The notes beneath the pieces are model-generated. The model had not been told where the DNA came from. It saw only the letters and a program-made list of their open reading frames with translations, and searched no databases. This document shows, piece after piece, positions 59,928-64,000 of a stretch of DNA of 64,000 bases. Source of the DNA: Polyangiales bacterium (GTDB lineage Bacteria > Myxococcota_A > Polyangia > Polyangiales > JADJQN01); the NCBI GenBank assembly GCA_964202905.1, contig CAXNJO010000001.1, positions 576,001-640,000 on the forward strand. The letters are read 5' to 3'. Both the position numbers and the translations under genes were made by a program. Position 1 is the stretch's first letter, and the number at the start of each line of letters is the position of its first letter.

Positions 59928-61470
59928 TCAGTGCGGAATGAGGCCGCCGAACCAGGCCGCCGCGCCCGCTCCCGCGAGCACGACGAGCGCGAGCACGGCG
60001 ATCCCCACGAGGTGGGAGCTGCCCTTCGCGGGCGGCGCGGCGGGCTGCGTCGGTGTCCTCGCCGGTGCCGGCACGGACGCGGGCCTGGCGACGGGCTGAA
60101 GGCCGGGGGCCGCGCCGGGTTGTGAGGCGCGGGCCGGCGGGGTGAACGAGGGCTGGGGCGCGGACGTGCGCGCGGGCGGGAGCGACGCGCGCTCGGGGGC
60201 CGACGCGGCGGGGCGCTCCTCGGCCTCGAGCATGCTCGCGAGGTCGCCGGCGCCCTCGTGCGGCGACTCCATGCCGCTCTCGCGCCAGCCGGGCGTCGAT
60301 TTGCGGGCCGCGAGCTCGGCGCCGCCGACCGCGGCCGCGACCTCTTCGTCGTTGGAGAACCAGTCGGCGGGGTTCTCGAAGCCGCCGCCATCGCCGAGAT
60401 CGAGGGGCTTCGCGCCTTCGACGTCGTCGGGGCTGAGCGGCGCGGCGCCGCCCGCGAGCGGGAGCGCCGGCGATCTCCTCGAGCGACGTGAAGCGGAGCA
60501 GCTCTTCCTGGATGAGCCGGTCGATGATCGACGGATCGACCTTGGGTTTCTCGGTCTTGCGGTCGCTGACGACGCTGCCGACGAGCGCGGCGATGTCGTA
60601 CGACGTGACCTTCATCTGGTGGCCGAAGAGGTAGCCCGCGAGCGCGTCGCCGAGGTCGCGCGCGCTCTGGAAGCGCTCACGCGGGTCACGCGCGAGGGAC
60701 CTCGCGAGCACCGCCTCGAAGGCCGCGTCGGCCTCGGGGTTGAGGGTCTGCAGCGACGGCACGCTGGCCTCCTGAACCATCTTCACCGTCTCGAAGTCCG
60801 ACTCGCCGAGGAAGAGGCGCCGGCCCGCGATCATCTCCCAGAGCACGATGCCGAGCGCGAAGACGTCGGTGCGGGCGTCGACCTGCTCGCCGAGCGCGGC
60901 CTCGGGCGAGAGGTAGCTGAACTTGCCCTTCACGACGCCCGGGTCCGTCTTCTCGAGCTGCGTCGAGGCGCGCGCGAGGCCGAAATCGGCCACTTTCACC
61001 TCGCCGCGCCGCGTGATCATGATGTTCGGCGGCGAGACGTCGCGGTGCACGATGCCGAGGTCCGTGCCGTCGTCGTCCTGCAATTCGTGGGCGTAGGAGA
61101 GCCCGCGGCAGGCCTCCATGCAGATGTAGATGGCGGCCTTCACCGGGAAGCGGCGACCCTGCTTGCGCAGCGACTCCATGATCGTCTTCAGGTTGGCCCC
61201 GTCGACGAACTCCATGACGATGAAGAACGTGTTGTCCGCCGCGCCGATGTCGAAGACGGAGACGATGTTCGCGTGGTTGAGCCGCGCACCGAGCCGGGCC
61301 TCGTCGAGGAACATCGAGATGAACCGCTTGTTCTGCGCGAGGTGCGGGAGAACGCGCTTGATCGCGACGCGCTTCTTGAACCCCTGCGCGCCCGTCGCTT
61401 CGCCGACGAAGACTTCCGCCATGCCGCCGGCTTCGAGGCGCTCGATGACGCGGTATCGCTGTTCGGCCAT
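59928..61470 (-). CDS. Membrane-anchored Ser/Thr protein kinase; frameshift near 60465
   Basis: AGGMAEVF, VAIKR, HRDVSPPN, DFGLA, YLSPE; after the shift FENPADWF...Pro-rich...TM LVGIAVLALVVLAG..WFGGLIPH-stop. Confidence 0.9.
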
Positions 61471-61654
61471 GGGTCGGGCGGTCGCTCGCTCGGCCCCGCG
61501 CGGCGCTCGCAAGATGGCGAGGCGACGACGGATAACCGCGAGTGCGGATTGTGTGGGATCACGCCCTTCGCGGTCAAGAAGTGCGGCATGCCCGAGCCAT
61601 GCCCCGCGGCGCCGCACTCGACGTGTCCGCGTGCGCCCGTATGCTCGCGCGGCC

Positions 61655-62443
61655 ATGCGTCGAACCACCCGTCTCCGCGCGCGCCGCGCGTCGCTCCTCG
61701 CCGTCGTCCTCGCCTCGCTCGCCGCGTCCTGCGCCGCCCGTGAGCCGAGCTTCGCGCCGCCGCCGCCGTCCTCGCCGTCGCCGTCGCCTGCGGCGGTACA
61801 GCGTCCCCCTGCGCCGCCGTCGCCGCTGCCTTCGCCCGCGCGCGCTGCGGCCCCCGAGGGGGCTCCCGTCGATCCGCGCCTGCTCCCCGAGGGGGACGGC
61901 CTCCCGCCGCCCGCGCCCGCGACCTACACCGTGCGCCTCGACACGACGAAGGGCCCGGTGCTCATCGACGTGACGCGCGCCTGGGCGCCGCACGGCGCCG
62001 ATCGCTTCCACGACCTCGTGCGCCGCGGCGCCTACGACGACAACGCCTTCTTCCGCGCGGTCGCGGACTTCATGGTGCAGGTCGGGATCCCGGGTGATCC
62101 GCGCGTGTCGGCGGCCTGGCGCACGCGGCACATCCCGGACGATGCGCCCGTCGAGCACAACACGCGGGGCACGGTGACGTTCGCCACGAGCGGCCCCGAC
62201 CAGCGCGTGAACCAGTTCTTCATCAACCTCGTCGACAACACGCGCCTCGACGCGATGGGTTTCGCGCCCATCGGTCGCGTGCGCGACATGGCGGCGATCG
62301 ACGCGCTCCACACGGGCTACGGGGAGGGCGCGCCGCAGGGGCGCGGCCCGTCGCAGGCGCGCATCCAGCGCGAGGGCAACGCGTATCTCCGCGCGGCGTT
62401 CCCCGAGCTCGACTACCTGCGCACCGCGCGCCTCGAGCCCTGA
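61655..62443 (+). CDS. Cyclophilin-type peptidyl-prolyl isomerase lipoprotein
   Basis: Lipobox LAASC; LDTTKG, WAPHGADRF, FFRAV..FMVQ.G, NTRGTVTFA, QFFINL.DN..LD..GFAP. Confidence 0.93.
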   Translation: MRRTTRLRARRASLLAVVLASLAASCAAREPSFAPPPPSSPSPSPAAVQRPPAPPSPLPSPARAAAPEGAPVDPRLLPEGDGLPPPAPATYTVRLDTTKGPVLIDVTRAWAPHGADRFHDLVRRGAYDDNAFFRAVADFMVQVGIPGDPRVSAAWRTRHIPDDAPVEHNTRGTVTFATSGPDQRVNQFFINLVDNTRLDAMGFAPIGRVRDMAAIDALHTGYGEGAPQGRGPSQARIQREGNAYLRAAFPELDYLRTARLEP

Positions 62444-62487
62444 TCGCGCCGTCGCCGCCCAAGCCCCGTCGCGACACGTCCGCGCGG

Positions 62488-62517
62488 TTGACAGTGCGCG
62501 CGGGCGCGGGTTAGGTG
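62488..62517 (+). promoter_or_regulatory. Sigma-70-type promoter for rpe
   Basis: Perfect TTGACA at 62488, 17-18 nt spacer, weak -10 TTAGGT/TAGGTG, GTG about 7 nt later. Confidence 0.5.
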
Positions 62518-62523
62518 CCCACC

Positions 62524-63206
62524 GTGCCGCGCAGCCCGAACGCCGTCCGCATCGCGCCCTCGATCCTCAGCGCGGATTTCGGCCGGCTCGCCGACGAGGT
62601 GCGCGCGGTCGAGGCCGCCGGCGCCGACTGGATCCACGTCGACGTGATGGACGGGCGCTTCGTCCCCAACATCACGATCGGCCCGCTCGTCGTCGCGGCG
62701 CTGCGGCGCGTGACGCGGCTCCCGCTCGACTGCCACCTCATGATCGTCGAGCCCGAGCGCTACGTGGAGGCCTTCGCCGAGGCCGGCGCCGACGGCATCA
62801 CCGTGCACGCCGAGGCCTGCACGCACCTGCACCGCGTCGTCCAGCAGATCCGCGGTCTCGGCAAGCGCGCGGGCGTCTCGCTCAACCCGCACACGCCGGA
62901 AGAGTCGCTGCGCTACGTGCTGCCCTCGCTCGATCTCGTGCTCCTGATGAGCGTGAACCCGGGCTTCGGCGGGCAGGAGTTCCTGCCCGAGGTGCTGCCG
63001 AAGATCGCATCGCTCCGCGCGCAGATCGACGCGCTCGGTCTTGCAACCGACTTGCAGGTAGACGGCGGCATCAAACCCGGCACGGCCGCGCGCGTCTGCG
63101 AGGCGGGGGCCGATTCGCTGGTCGCGGGCAACGCCGTCTTCAAGGCGCCCGCGGGCTACGCCGCGGCGATCGGGGCGCTGCGTGCCGATGCGGGAGGGGC
63201 GACCGC

Positions 63207-63210
<4 letters not shown>
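62524..63210 (+). CDS. rpe: Ribulose-phosphate 3-epimerase
   Basis: [47 protein letters not shown]; start GTG 62524 or 62515. Confidence 0.97.

Positions 63211-64000
<790 letters not shown>

Noticed and set aside
58615..61668. Apparent 1017-aa Ser/Thr kinase-GlgC fusion ORF
   Set aside because: The joining segment is Arg-rich off-frame sequence. Shifting frame near 60465 gives a normal kinase tail with a TM helix and a stop at 59928, and glgC has its own ATG.

Overview
A 64 kb chromosomal window from a very GC-rich bacterium. Its gene repertoire (eukaryote-like Ser/Thr kinases, FHA-sigma54 activator, AgmX/PglI-type C-terminal domains, Cys-rich repeat lipoproteins) points to Myxococcota, probably Polyangiales/Sandaracinaceae; this placement is inference. 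About 50 CDS were found, and no tRNA, rRNA, CRISPR array, integrase or transposase. Many genes carry single-base frameshifts, most likely long-read assembly errors, so several ORFs in the supplied track are split or falsely fused (for example kinase-GlgC). Main blocks: (1) rhomboid, DinG/YoaA, YbjQ, lipoproteins, MFS, GH5 and an MBL-fold protein; (2) a lower-GC accessory islet at about 11.2-16.8 kb with a decayed MntA/HepT toxin-antitoxin pair, Cys-rich lipoproteins, a tandem AgmX/PglI-domain protein, and a 304-aa orphan with UDG-superfamily-like motifs (candidate Brig1-like anti-phage DNA glycosylase) divergent from an XRE regulator; (3) a translationally coupled small protein / kinase-pseudocyclase-STAND ATPase-TPR protein / patatin operon; (4) cNMP protein, MoxR-DUF58-transglutaminase, YkgJ and a giant TPR protein; (5) RsbQ + PAS hybrid kinase divergent from hybrid kinase-CheR-hybrid kinase with no CheB; (6) an ECF sigma/anti-sigma operon followed by three Cys-rich repeat lipoproteins; (7) Ser/Thr kinase-glgC, cyclophilin, rpe and an FHA-EBP. 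A recurrent TAnnnT box 6-12 nt upstream of many start codons suggests widespread leaderless or near-leaderless transcription. All calls come from motif reading, not database searches.
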